The position numbers and the translations under genes were made by a program. A DNA stretch of 42,909 bases from an uncultured bacterium (GTDB taxonomy: Bacteria; CAIJMQ01), in contig CAZNJA010000006.1 in assembly GCA_964573245.1 (NCBI GenBank), forward strand, positions 1 to 42,909, given 5' to 3'. This document shows, piece by piece, positions 18,576-26,942 of this stretch. Under the pieces are notes generated by a model, which did no database searches, was not told where the DNA came from, and saw only the letters and a list, made by a program, of their open reading frames with translations. Each line of letters opens with the position of its first letter. Position 1 is the first letter of the stretch.

Positions 18576-19841
18576 TCAATATTCTATTTGAATGACGATG
18601 AATTTATCTATGTCTTCACGCATTTTAGTTTGTGCTGTTTCCCCCGGTTCTGGCAAAACAAAATAACTACCCATGATTGTGATGGTCTCTTCTGAAACAA
18701 CCATATCAACAGGATTAAATATTCCCTTGAGTGACAAAATGGTATCTGAAATAGATTCCCCTTGTATATTTAGCTTGGTGATTGAAACTCCCTTTTCTTT
18801 TCCACCTACAATTAGCAATGATCCATCTGGTGTTGTGGCAACCAAGGAGGTTCCAAAACTCGTGGTAGGTTTAAGTTCTTTTTGCCACAGCAGTTGCATT
18901 TTATTGTCAAAACAAGCAATCACCGTATTGAAACTTGGGCCTTTATTGTAGGGAGCCTGAGCGATTGAAGGAAGTTGTGAATTTGTATAAGATACTACAA
19001 AGCCATTGCCACAATTTGTAATGTATTTTCTTCCAGCTGGTTGGATTCTGGCGTCAGGGATAAATATCTCGGCAATCTTATTCCCCGTGGAATCACACCG
19101 TATAAGCCACAGTCCTGAGGAACCTTGACCAAATTTATTATATTTACCACTTGTAATAGCAAGAAAACATCCCCCGTCATTGGTCATAGTTAATGCATAA
19201 GTAAATTCATCTTGTCCGTGGTCGAAGCTCTTCTGCCAAATAATTTTACCTTCGGAGTCTATCCGGGATAACCACGCATCACAGTGAGGTTTCCTGTCAA
19301 TCCAATTGGTTAGTGTTCCTCCAATGAGAAATTGATTATTGTTACTTGGGACAATTACATAAGGCATAATTTCCATACCTTTCTCGCCCAATCTATTCGA
19401 ATAAACTAAGGTTCCTGTAGCATCAACTTTGGCAATCCATCCCAATATTCCCCCAATAGCGAACAGGTTATCTCCAATGTTAATAGCGTCTTTAATTTCG
19501 TTTTGATTTGACTTGGTTGGAAATTCAAGTAATTTATCCTGGTCGCCTAATTGATTAATATCAAGAATCAACCATTCAGATTTCCAACTCTTGTTATTAT
19601 TGGGGTCTTCTTGCCAACCTGTACGACCAACGACACGATAACCTTTGTCTGGAAGTGGCAATAATGCCGAAGTTGTACAAAATCCACGAACATTATGCAC
19701 ACGTTGCCAAATTATATTATTTTTTGATGTTTGCTCCTCTCCCCCCACTTTTACCAATGGTGTCAGGCTTAAGATAATACTCAGTAAGACAGTATTGATT
19801 AAAATACTTCTGCTTAATTGCCATTTTCGCTTTTTATACAT
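18576..19841 (-). CDS. Secreted repeat (beta-propeller-like) protein
   Basis: Signal peptide; repeated W[LI]..[ID]D..G....W/Y blades such as DAWLSRIDSEGKIIWQKSFD. Confidence 0.7.
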   Translation of the reverse strand: MYKKRKWQLSRSILINTVLLSIILSLTPLVKVGGEEQTSKNNIIWQRVHNVRGFCTTSALLPLPDKGYRVVGRTGWQEDPNNNKSWKSEWLILDINQLGDQDKLLEFPTKSNQNEIKDAINIGDNLFAIGGILGWIAKVDATGTLVYSNRLGEKGMEIMPYVIVPSNNNQFLIGGTLTNWIDRKPHCDAWLSRIDSEGKIIWQKSFDHGQDEFTYALTMTNDGGCFLAITSGKYNKFGQGSSGLWLIRCDSTGNKIAEIFIPDARIQPAGRKYITNCGNGFVVSYTNSQLPSIAQAPYNKGPSFNTVIACFDNKMQLLWQKELKPTTSFGTSLVATTPDGSLLIVGGKEKGVSITKLNIQGESISDTILSLKGIFNPVDMVVSEETITIMGSYFVLPEPGETAQTKMREDIDKFIVIQIEY

Positions 19842-19877
19842 TTTCCCCTCTCATTTTAGTCAAATTCCTTACTTCTA

Positions 19878-20714
19878 TTATTTCTCCACTATCATTTCTC
19901 TGTATTTCTTCCTCAATATTACCGCATATTGCCCAATGCTGCCGTTATTGATTAAGGTATCATCCACTTTCACGATCGGCATTACTTCAATAAGTGATGA
20001 AGTGAGAAAGATTTCGTCGCAGGATTTTAAAAAATCTAAATTTACGAGTTTTTCTTCTACTTTTAAACCGACAGCGGGAGCTATTTCTAAAATTTTTGCT
20101 CTTGTTATGCCGGGGAGTATCCCTGAATTAATTGGCGGAGTGATGAGTGTATTACCCTTTACCATAAAGATATTTCTTGTTGTGCCTTCAAGGACGAAAC
20201 CGTCGGTATTTAGGAGTATTGCTTCATCCGTGCCTTTTTGGCTTGCTTCTTTTTTGGCGAGTATATGCGGAAGGAACGAAAGTGTTTTGTGCGCGTTTAC
20301 AGATAGCGATGAATCTATTCTTATTGAAGAGATTATTGCAGTATATCCTTTTTTATAATTGCTTTCTTTGTAACGGATTTCGTCTTTTACGACGATTATG
20401 AAATTAGTTTTCTTTTTTTCTTCATCGGTTGCGGTTAAATAAATGTTCAGGACACCATTTCCCAGTGATGAATTGCGTAATAATTTTTCTGTGATTTTGG
20501 AAACTTGCTGAAAATTAAGAGACAATTCTAAATTTAGCGCCTTGGCGGAATTTTTTAATCTTTCAAAATGTTCTTTCAGAAAAACCGCTTTTCCTTCTTG
20601 TATGCATACCGTCTCAAACAGCCCTTCTCCGTATCTAAAACCCCTATCAAGGATTGATACTTTTGCATCCTTGAGCGATATAAAATCGCCGTTGATATAA
20701 GCAATGCCTTTCAT
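19878..20714 (-). CDS. Class IV aminotransferase (aminodeoxychorismate lyase PabC / IlvE-like)
   Basis: DRGFRYGEGLFET, H..RL..SA, HKT, EGTTRNIF, ILPGITR, EIFLTSS. The track's N-terminal extension is translated repeat DNA, so the start is revised to 20714 (or 20720). Confidence 0.9.
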   Translation of the reverse strand: MKGIAYINGDFISLKDAKVSILDRGFRYGEGLFETVCIQEGKAVFLKEHFERLKNSAKALNLELSLNFQQVSKITEKLLRNSSLGNGVLNIYLTATDEEKKKTNFIIVVKDEIRYKESNYKKGYTAIISSIRIDSSLSVNAHKTLSFLPHILAKKEASQKGTDEAILLNTDGFVLEGTTRNIFMVKGNTLITPPINSGILPGITRAKILEIAPAVGLKVEEKLVNLDFLKSCDEIFLTSSLIEVMPIVKVDDTLINNGSIGQYAVILRKKYREMIVEK

Positions 20715-20726
20715 ATTCATCCAAAA

Positions 20727-20772
20727 CGGGTCTTCGGTTTTCGCTATTCGGTGTTCGGTGTTTGTTCCGATA
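20727..20772 (-). repeat. Heptamer array (AAACCGA-like)
   Basis: acaccga-acaccga-atagcga-aaaccga-agacccg on the minus strand; same consensus as 7514-7546. Confidence 0.7.
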
Positions 20773-20774
20773 AC

Positions 20775-20802
20775 CCTGCCCGACAAGATTTAGGCAGGCG
20801 GG
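20775..20802. repeat. Intergenic copy of the CCTGCCCG...GGCAGGCGGG palindromic element
   Basis: cctgcccgacaagatttaggcaggcggg; its reverse complement aligns nearly end to end with 5010-5036. Confidence 0.8.
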
Positions 20803-20836
20803 CAAAAACCGCTAACCGTCTTTTATTTTAGCGTGT

Positions 20837-21217
20837 TTAATATCCTCTATCTCTTGTTCCTCTTTCTCTTCTATTATCTCTTCTTTGTCCGCCTCTTTTG
20901 GAATTATATCCGCCTCTTGATGAACCGTAGCCACCACGTCCACCTGAACTATATCCACCTCTTGATGGGCCAAAACTTCTTGGTTTGGGAGGACGAGCTT
21001 CATCAATTCTTAATTTGCGCCCTTCAAATTCGGTTTCGTTTAATTCTGTTTTTGCTTTCTCGGCTGCTTCTGCGGTAGCCATTTCAATAAATCCGAAACC
21101 TTTACCCTGGATGATGTCAACTTTTACAACTTCACCGAACTTGGCAAACAACTCTTTTAACTGTTCATCTGTTACCGAATAATTCAGATTTCCTACATAT
21201 AGTCTACTGCCTTGCAT
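20837..21217 (-). CDS. RRM RNA-binding protein with a Gly/Arg-rich tail
   Basis: RNP2 LYVGNL, RNP1 KGFGFIEM, RGG tail; AAGGAG RBS before ATG 21217. Confidence 0.95.
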   Translation of the reverse strand: MQGSRLYVGNLNYSVTDEQLKELFAKFGEVVKVDIIQGKGFGFIEMATAEAAEKAKTELNETEFEGRKLRIDEARPPKPRSFGPSRGGYSSGGRGGYGSSRGGYNSKRGGQRRDNRRERGTRDRGY

Positions 21218-21297
21218 TCTAAATTCTCCTTTTCTGTTCTTTATTTTTTTATTTCTATACGCCCGATGATGTTTCCGTCTGTCTATTGTACTTCCCA

Positions 21298-21759
21298 TCA
21301 CCTCCCTTTAATTGACTTGCTTTTGATAACTGCATCAAGTTTTTGCGGTTCATCAGTCCCGATTCGGTATATTTTCCCATTGTTCATTACCAACTCAACA
21401 GCATCTAATCCGGAGATATTAAAAACCCAAAATTTATTGGGTATCCAATGAATCCCCCATCCATACCACCACTGATTTCTGACAACGGTGCAGGATTTAA
21501 TATCAATAAGTTTGAAACTCTTTCTAATTAGCCCTAAACTAAATTTTATATTGATAAAATCGTTATCTACAAGAACAGTTAGACTTAGAAATGACCATAA
21601 TATTACAAACGAGGCAATAAGAGCAACAAAGAAGGGAATAAAAAATTGTGAAATCCCTGCAACTAATCCAACCAAAATTAAAACAAAAATTGTCCCCACG
21701 TATGTTATCAATATCCACCATCCAACTTGAGTATGTTTATACATTTCTTTCGGAATCAT
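21298..21759 (-). CDS. Small membrane protein (two TM segments plus a WYGWGI domain)
   Basis: Two hydrophobic helices followed by WWYGWGIH..FNISG..AVEL..IGTDEP. Confidence 0.75.
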   Translation of the reverse strand: MIPKEMYKHTQVGWWILITYVGTIFVLILVGLVAGISQFFIPFFVALIASFVILWSFLSLTVLVDNDFINIKFSLGLIRKSFKLIDIKSCTVVRNQWWYGWGIHWIPNKFWVFNISGLDAVELVMNNGKIYRIGTDEPQKLDAVIKSKSIKGR

Positions 21760-21803
21760 GTCTATTCTCTTCTTAAATATTTTGTAACCAATATTAACTT
21801 TTG

Positions 21804-23273
21804 TTAACCTATTTTAACCTCTGTTAACTTAGTATTTCCTAAAAGCGACTGTGCCAATGCTTTTCCTTTATGTAATGTTTCTTCGTATTCCAGTTCCGGG
21901 TTGGAGTCTGCCACTATTCCGCCTCCGACCTGAAAATATGCTGTGTTACTATGTATTATGATTGTGCGGATGGCAATATTCAAGTCCATCCTTCTGTTAA
22001 ACGATATATAGCCGATTGCGCCGGTGTAAATATTTCTTCTTGTCGGCTCGAGTTCTTCTATTATTTCCATAGAGCGGATTTTCGGCGCGCCTGTTATCGA
22101 ACCGCCGGGAAAGCAATGTTTAACACAGTCAATTGGTGTTATCCCATCAACAACTTTTCCTTCGACATTACTTACCGTATGAAATACGGTCGGATTTGTT
22201 TCAAGCGCCACCAATTCTTTCACCCCGTTAGAAATAGTCCCGACGTTACGTCGGGACGTACAATTATCTAAAGGCGACCTATTTCTAACGGGGTGAACCC
22301 TAACACTCCCATAATAACAGAATTTGCCTAAGTCGTTTCTTTCAAGGTCGACAATCATAATAAGTTCAGCGCGGTCTTTTGCTGAATTTAATAATTCTTC
22401 TGCAAACTGTTTATCTTCTTCTTTGTTTTTGCCTCTTGGTCGTGTGCCTTTGATGGGGCGGGTGTGAATTTTATTTCTGTTTAAACAAAGGAACCGCTCC
22501 GGAGATGAACTTACCACCGATACTTCCGGAAAGTTTAAGAAAGCGGAAAACGGCGCGGGATTTATAAACGCAAGTTTTTCGAATAGTCCAAAAGGAGAAG
22601 CATTGTAAAGACAAGAAAAACGCTGTGATAAATTTACCTGAAAAATATCGCCTTGGCGTATGTATTCTTTTGCTTTTGCCACAGCGTTTAAATATTCCTC
22701 TTTTTTGAAATTGGATTTAAAACCGAATGAATTGACTCCAACGGATTCGTTGTTTGTTTTGGAATGAGAAGGCTTTTTTAACAGTTCTTTTATTTTGTTT
22801 CTTTTATCTTTAGCCGTATTTATCCACAGAATAAAACTTTCTTTTGTTTTGTGGTCCCAATATAAAACCCAGTCGTAGAAAGGCAGAATGCAGTCGGGAA
22901 GTTCTAAATCATCTATGGATTTTTTCGGAATATTTTCGAGCGTAAAACCCATATCATATCCGAAATAGCCGAGCATTCCGCCTGTGAAAGGAATTGAAGA
23001 GGGCAGGTTTTGTTTGCCGGAGTGTTCGGTGTAGAGTTGGCGAAGTATATTAAAAGGGTTGCCTTTTTTGTGTGTTTCCTGCCCATCCTGAATAAGCGTT
23101 GTGTTTCGCCTTTTTGATTTGAAAACCATATAAGGGAAAGTGGTCAGGAACGAATATCTACCCCAACGCGGATTTTTTATCCCGCTTAAAAGAAGCGCTG
23201 AATAGGGAATGTCTTTGAAATTTCTGAATACATCAAGAGGAGAATAAGAATAAGGAAAAGATTCTATAATCAT
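21804..23273 (-). CDS. pabB: Aminodeoxychorismate synthase component I
   Basis: GDIFQVNLSQ, SSPERFL, TRPIKGTRPRG, MIVDLERNDLG, FPGGSITGAPK (PabB-type) and E.EETLHK. Confidence 0.9.
   Translation of the reverse strand: MIIESFPYSYSPLDVFRNFKDIPYSALLLSGIKNPRWGRYSFLTTFPYMVFKSKRRNTTLIQDGQETHKKGNPFNILRQLYTEHSGKQNLPSSIPFTGGMLGYFGYDMGFTLENIPKKSIDDLELPDCILPFYDWVLYWDHKTKESFILWINTAKDKRNKIKELLKKPSHSKTNNESVGVNSFGFKSNFKKEEYLNAVAKAKEYIRQGDIFQVNLSQRFSCLYNASPFGLFEKLAFINPAPFSAFLNFPEVSVVSSSPERFLCLNRNKIHTRPIKGTRPRGKNKEEDKQFAEELLNSAKDRAELIMIVDLERNDLGKFCYYGSVRVHPVRNRSPLDNCTSRRNVGTISNGVKELVALETNPTVFHTVSNVEGKVVDGITPIDCVKHCFPGGSITGAPKIRSMEIIEELEPTRRNIYTGAIGYISFNRRMDLNIAIRTIIIHSNTAYFQVGGGIVADSNPELEYEETLHKGKALAQSLLGNTKLTEVKIG
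22221..22295. mobile_element. 75-bp MITE-like element inserted in frame in pabB
   Basis: Perfect terminal inverted repeats caccccgttagaaatag / ctatttctaacggggtg (17 bp; 19 bp with the flanking TT/AA). Nested palindrome gtcccgacgt-t-acgtcgggac (22237-22257). Adds 25 aa. Confidence 0.85.
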
Positions 23274-23292
23274 TAAATAAACTAATCGATTT

Positions 23293-23359
23293 TAGATGCT
23301 CGATTCTCATTGCTAGTTAAAAAATTTTTAGTATCAAGTATCTAGTATACAGCATCAAG
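23293..23359. repeat. Inverted heptamer arrays between dapB and pabB
   Basis: tagatgc-tcgattc-tcattgc-tagt ... tagtatc-aagtatc-tagtata-cagcatc-aag. Confidence 0.55.
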
Positions 23360-23362
23360 AAA

Positions 23363-24169
23363 TTACAGTTCCAGCACATCGTTCATCCCGTAAAATCCGC
23401 ACTTTTTGCCTGCAATCCACTGTGCGGCTTTCAATGCTCCATGCGCAAACGCGTCTCTGCTTTCTGCCCTGTGGACTATTTCGATATGTTCTCCGCTGCC
23501 CGCAAATATAACTTTATGTTCGCCGATAATATTTCCCGCTCTTACGGAATGAATACCAACTTCGCCTTTTTGTTTTAGCCCCGGGGTGTGCCTGCCAACG
23601 TTGATTATTTCGTCGTAATTTTTGTTATAAGCTTGGGCAATCACTTCTGCCAATTTTCTTGCGGTTCCTGACGGGACGTCTATTTTGGCTTTATGGTGTA
23701 TTTCCACGATTTCGGCGTCGTAATCTTCGTCCAGAGCTTGCGCTATTTTTCCAACGGCGTTGAACAGAACATTCATGCCCATGCTCATATTTGGCGCTTC
23801 AAGGCACGGGATTTTTTTTGCGTATTCTTTTATTTTGTTTTTCTGCTCTTTTGTAAAACCTGTTGTTCCGATTATAAAAGCTTTGTCGGGATAAGACGAG
23901 GTGATTTCCAAATGTTTAATTGTCGTTTCGGGAGAACTGAATTCTATGACCACGTCCGCGTTGTCTATTACATTTCTTAAATCGTCAAGAATCGTTACGC
24001 CGCTTAATTTTTGGGAAAGGATGCAGATATCCTGGTTTATTAAAGGATGTCCTTTCTTTTCTATTGTGCCGGTGAGAACGATATTTTCGTATAAGGGAAT
24101 AAGCCGAATAATCGCCATTCCCATTTTCCCTGCGGCTCCTGATACTGCTACTTTTATTTTTTTATCCAT
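23363..24169 (-). CDS. dapB: 4-hydroxy-tetrahydrodipicolinate reductase
   Basis: GAAGKMG, IGTTG, APNMSMG, EIHHKAKIDVPSGTA, R.G.IIGEH. Confidence 0.97.
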   Translation of the reverse strand: MDKKIKVAVSGAAGKMGMAIIRLIPLYENIVLTGTIEKKGHPLINQDICILSQKLSGVTILDDLRNVIDNADVVIEFSSPETTIKHLEITSSYPDKAFIIGTTGFTKEQKNKIKEYAKKIPCLEAPNMSMGMNVLFNAVGKIAQALDEDYDAEIVEIHHKAKIDVPSGTARKLAEVIAQAYNKNYDEIINVGRHTPGLKQKGEVGIHSVRAGNIIGEHKVIFAGSGEHIEIVHRAESRDAFAHGALKAAQWIAGKKCGFYGMNDVLEL

Positions 24170-24213
24170 TTTTATTTGACCTATTATAACAATATTTGCC
24201 TTTATGTTTCCGA

Positions 24214-25179
24214 TTAAATATCCATTAATTTTACGATTTCCAAGTTTTCCAAAGGTGGAGCTTTCTTATTGGAAATGACTTCTTTTAAAGGCACGTGCAC
24301 TATTTTGCCGTCTTTTGAGCCAACCATGCAGCCATGTTTGCCGTTGTATAGCATTCTTGCCGCTTCCAATCCGAATTTGGTGGCGAGATTTCTGGTGAAA
24401 GAAGTGGGTTTTCCTCCTCTTTGAATATAACCCAAAACCGATACTCTGATTTCTTTTTCCGGTAATTTCTCTTGTAAACGTTTTGCAACTTCGTGGGCTT
24501 TACCTGCGCCTTCGGCTAAAACTATAAGAGAACTTGTCTTTCCCTGTATTTTCTGACTTTCCAATTCTTCCAATATTTTATTCCAATCTATTCCAATCTC
24601 AGGGATCAGAATAATTTCCGCTCCGCAGGCAAGTCCCACCTCAAGCGCAAGATTTCCGTGTTCTCGTCCCATTACTTCAACTATAAATGTCCGTTCGTGG
24701 CTTGTTGCCGTATCTCTTATTCTGTCGATTGCATCAACTGCGGTATTTACGGCGGTATCGAATCCTATTGTTGAATCCGTTCCGTAAAGGTCATTATCGA
24801 TGGAAGCAGGAATTAAAACCACGGGGAAATTAAATTCCGAATACAAAAGTTCTGCGGCCCGCGCAGAACCGTCTCCGCCTATTACAGCAAGGGCTTCTAT
24901 CCTGTTGCCTCTTAAATTCTCATACGCTTTTTCTCTTACTTTTTTGTCGTGGAAGTCCTTGAATCTTATGCTTTTTAGAATCGTTCCTCCCAAATCTATA
25001 ATTCCGCTAACACTTCTTGAAGTCATCTGGAAAACATCGTTTTCATATAATCCCCTATAACCTTTTCTTATGCCGTAAACTTCTATGCTTAAACCTATTG
25101 CTGTTCTTACAACCGCTCTTATTGCGGGATTCATTCCCGGAGCGTCGCCACCCGAAGTTAAAACACCTATTCTTTTCAT
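24214..25179 (-). CDS. pfkA: ATP-dependent 6-phosphofructokinase
   Basis: TSGGDAPGMN, GGDGS, SIDND, GFDTA, VEVMGR and LGYIQRGG. Start revised to ATG 25179, which follows a GGAG RBS. Confidence 0.96.
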   Translation of the reverse strand: MKRIGVLTSGGDAPGMNPAIRAVVRTAIGLSIEVYGIRKGYRGLYENDVFQMTSRSVSGIIDLGGTILKSIRFKDFHDKKVREKAYENLRGNRIEALAVIGGDGSARAAELLYSEFNFPVVLIPASIDNDLYGTDSTIGFDTAVNTAVDAIDRIRDTATSHERTFIVEVMGREHGNLALEVGLACGAEIILIPEIGIDWNKILEELESQKIQGKTSSLIVLAEGAGKAHEVAKRLQEKLPEKEIRVSVLGYIQRGGKPTSFTRNLATKFGLEAARMLYNGKHGCMVGSKDGKIVHVPLKEVISNKKAPPLENLEIVKLMDI

Positions 25180-25200
25180 TTCTTTCTCCAAGTCACGCCA

Positions 25201-25229
25201 ATTATATAGCAGAAAAGATTAGTCATCAA
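25201..25229 (-). promoter_or_regulatory. Putative sigma70 promoter of pfkA
   Basis: TTGATG-N17-TATAAT. Confidence 0.55.
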
Positions 25230-25318
25230 ATGAGAGATTGAATATTTTCACTTAAGATTTTGAAACAAAACAGGTATAATTAGTTGTTTTTCGGAAAGAT
25301 CGGAAAGAATATAAAAGT

Positions 25319-25347
25319 GGAACCTTTTTAAATATAGCATTGTCTAA
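25319..25347 (+). promoter_or_regulatory. ECF (sigmaE-type) promoter upstream of the sigma gene
   Basis: GGAACCT-N17-TCTAA (…TTGTCTAAA); matches the copy at 26873. Confidence 0.65.
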
Positions 25348-25959
25348 ATGAATGAAGAAATAGATAAACAGGGAAAATTATTCGAAGACGATACCATATT
25401 GGTAAAAGCTTTTCAGTCGGGAGATAAAAAAGCTTTTGATAGGTTAGTGCTGGGACATATGAATAGAATTTTTAACTTATGCTATCGTTTTTTGGGTAAC
25501 CGCGAGGAAGCGAACGACAGCGCACAGGAAACCTTTATAAAGGCATACCGTTCTTTGAACGAATTTGAATTGCGCTCTTCTTTTTCGACATGGATTTATA
25601 AGATAGCAATCAATACGTGCAAAAACCGTGTAAAATCTGCGGAATACAGGAATGCGGAAAAAACCGTAAGCATAGACGAGAATGTGCGTTCAAACGAGGG
25701 AGGAGAACATAATGTTGAAATGGGGAATGAGGTATTATCTCCTGCTAATGTTTTGGATAGAAAAGAAACCTCAACACGGATTCAGTCAGCAATAGATTCT
25801 TTGCCCGACGAGCAGAGAGAGGTTGTTGTGCTACGTGATATAGAAGGATTGTCTTACGAGGAAATAGCGGAAATAACAGGTAATGAACTTGGAACTGTAA
25901 AATCTAAACTTGCCAGGGCAAGAGAAAAACTTAGAGAAAAATTAAAGGGGTTGATTTAA
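25348..25959 (+). CDS. ECF RNA polymerase sigma factor (RpoE/SigW-like)
   Basis: GDKKAF..LV, D..QETFIKAY, FSTWIYKIA.N, LSYEEIAEI....GTVKSKL.RAR. Confidence 0.96.
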   Translation: MNEEIDKQGKLFEDDTILVKAFQSGDKKAFDRLVLGHMNRIFNLCYRFLGNREEANDSAQETFIKAYRSLNEFELRSSFSTWIYKIAINTCKNRVKSAEYRNAEKTVSIDENVRSNEGGEHNVEMGNEVLSPANVLDRKETSTRIQSAIDSLPDEQREVVVLRDIEGLSYEEIAEITGNELGTVKSKLARAREKLREKLKGLI

Positions 25960-26865
25960 ATGAACTGCGAAAGAGTTAAAGAGCTATTGAATGAATACGT
26001 CGACGGGACTATTGATGCGCAACTGAAGGAATTGGTGGAAGAGCATCTTTCCGGTTGCAGTAATTGCGCACAAGAGCTTAATTCTTTAAAAGCATATCTG
26101 GAAACAGTCGGTTCGCTTGAGAAAGTAGATGCTCCTGAGAATTTCCTGAAGAGTGTAAACGAAAAACTGGAAAACGAAAATTCAAAGCTGCAGGAACAAC
26201 CTAATTTTGAAACGGAGCCGGAAATTAAAGATATAAAACAAAAAACCTTTATGCCTTTCGGGATAAAATTACCCTTACAAGCTTTGGGTGTGTTGGCGAT
26301 TGTTCTTTTTGTCGTCTTTCTTGTGAAAGTAATACAGCCAAACAAGGAAATGCCGATAGTCGCTCCTTTACTTAAGGAAGAACTAGTTGAGGATGAGATT
26401 TTGACGGCAGATGAGAAGGAGCCTTTAGCGTTAGCAATGCAAAAAGAAAAATTAGCTGTGTCGGTTGTTTCGGAAATCAAACCAGTTGAACTTGTGCTTT
26501 TAATAAAGCCTGAAGTGAAAACAAATACGCTTGATTATGAAGGGAAAGGCCTTTCTGAGCCGGTTGATGCATTGCGCGTAGGAGAAGTAACTGCCCAAAG
26601 AGCTGTAAGTAGTATGGATGTAGATTCCGCTTATGCGGTGTCGCCGGTGGAAAACCTCATAAAATCTTTAGGGGGGAATGTTCTATCTGTAAAGTACGAC
26701 GAAGCTGAAACTCAAATTATATCTGCGGAAATTTCCAAGGAAAAATACAGTAATTTATTAAAGAATTTGGACAACTTGCACGAATTTCAAAAACCTTCTC
26801 CTTCGTTTATCGGAACAGAAGGAGACTTTATCAAGATTCGCGTAAAGCTTACCCCTTCCAATTAA
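25960..26865 (+). CDS. Zinc-finger (HxxxCxxC) anti-sigma factor with one TM segment
   Basis: MNCE...EEHLSGCSNC ZAS motif, a single TM helix and an extracytoplasmic C-terminus; abuts the sigma gene. Confidence 0.9.
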   Translation: MNCERVKELLNEYVDGTIDAQLKELVEEHLSGCSNCAQELNSLKAYLETVGSLEKVDAPENFLKSVNEKLENENSKLQEQPNFETEPEIKDIKQKTFMPFGIKLPLQALGVLAIVLFVVFLVKVIQPNKEMPIVAPLLKEELVEDEILTADEKEPLALAMQKEKLAVSVVSEIKPVELVLLIKPEVKTNTLDYEGKGLSEPVDALRVGEVTAQRAVSSMDVDSAYAVSPVENLIKSLGGNVLSVKYDEAETQIISAEISKEKYSNLLKNLDNLHEFQKPSPSFIGTEGDFIKIRVKLTPSN

Positions 26866-26872
26866 ATCTTAT

Positions 26873-26900
26873 GGAACTTTTTGTTTCATTTGTTGTCTAA
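26873..26900 (+). promoter_or_regulatory. ECF (sigmaE-type) promoter upstream of the serpin gene
   Basis: GGAACTT-N16-TCTAA, close to the sigmaE consensus; AGGAG RBS lies downstream. Confidence 0.75.
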
Positions 26901-26942
26901 AAGAGTGGAATATCCATTAAAAATAAAAAAGGAGTAGTTAGT

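Noticed and set aside
16605-19877. Possible integron cassette array
   Set aside because: No RYYYAAC...GTTRRRY attC hairpins are visible in the short spacers, and there is no integrase.
20715-20786. N-terminal extension MSGRVIGTNTEHRIAKTEDPFW of the aminotransferase
   Set aside because: It is translated heptamer and palindrome repeat DNA; family homology begins at MKGIAYING.
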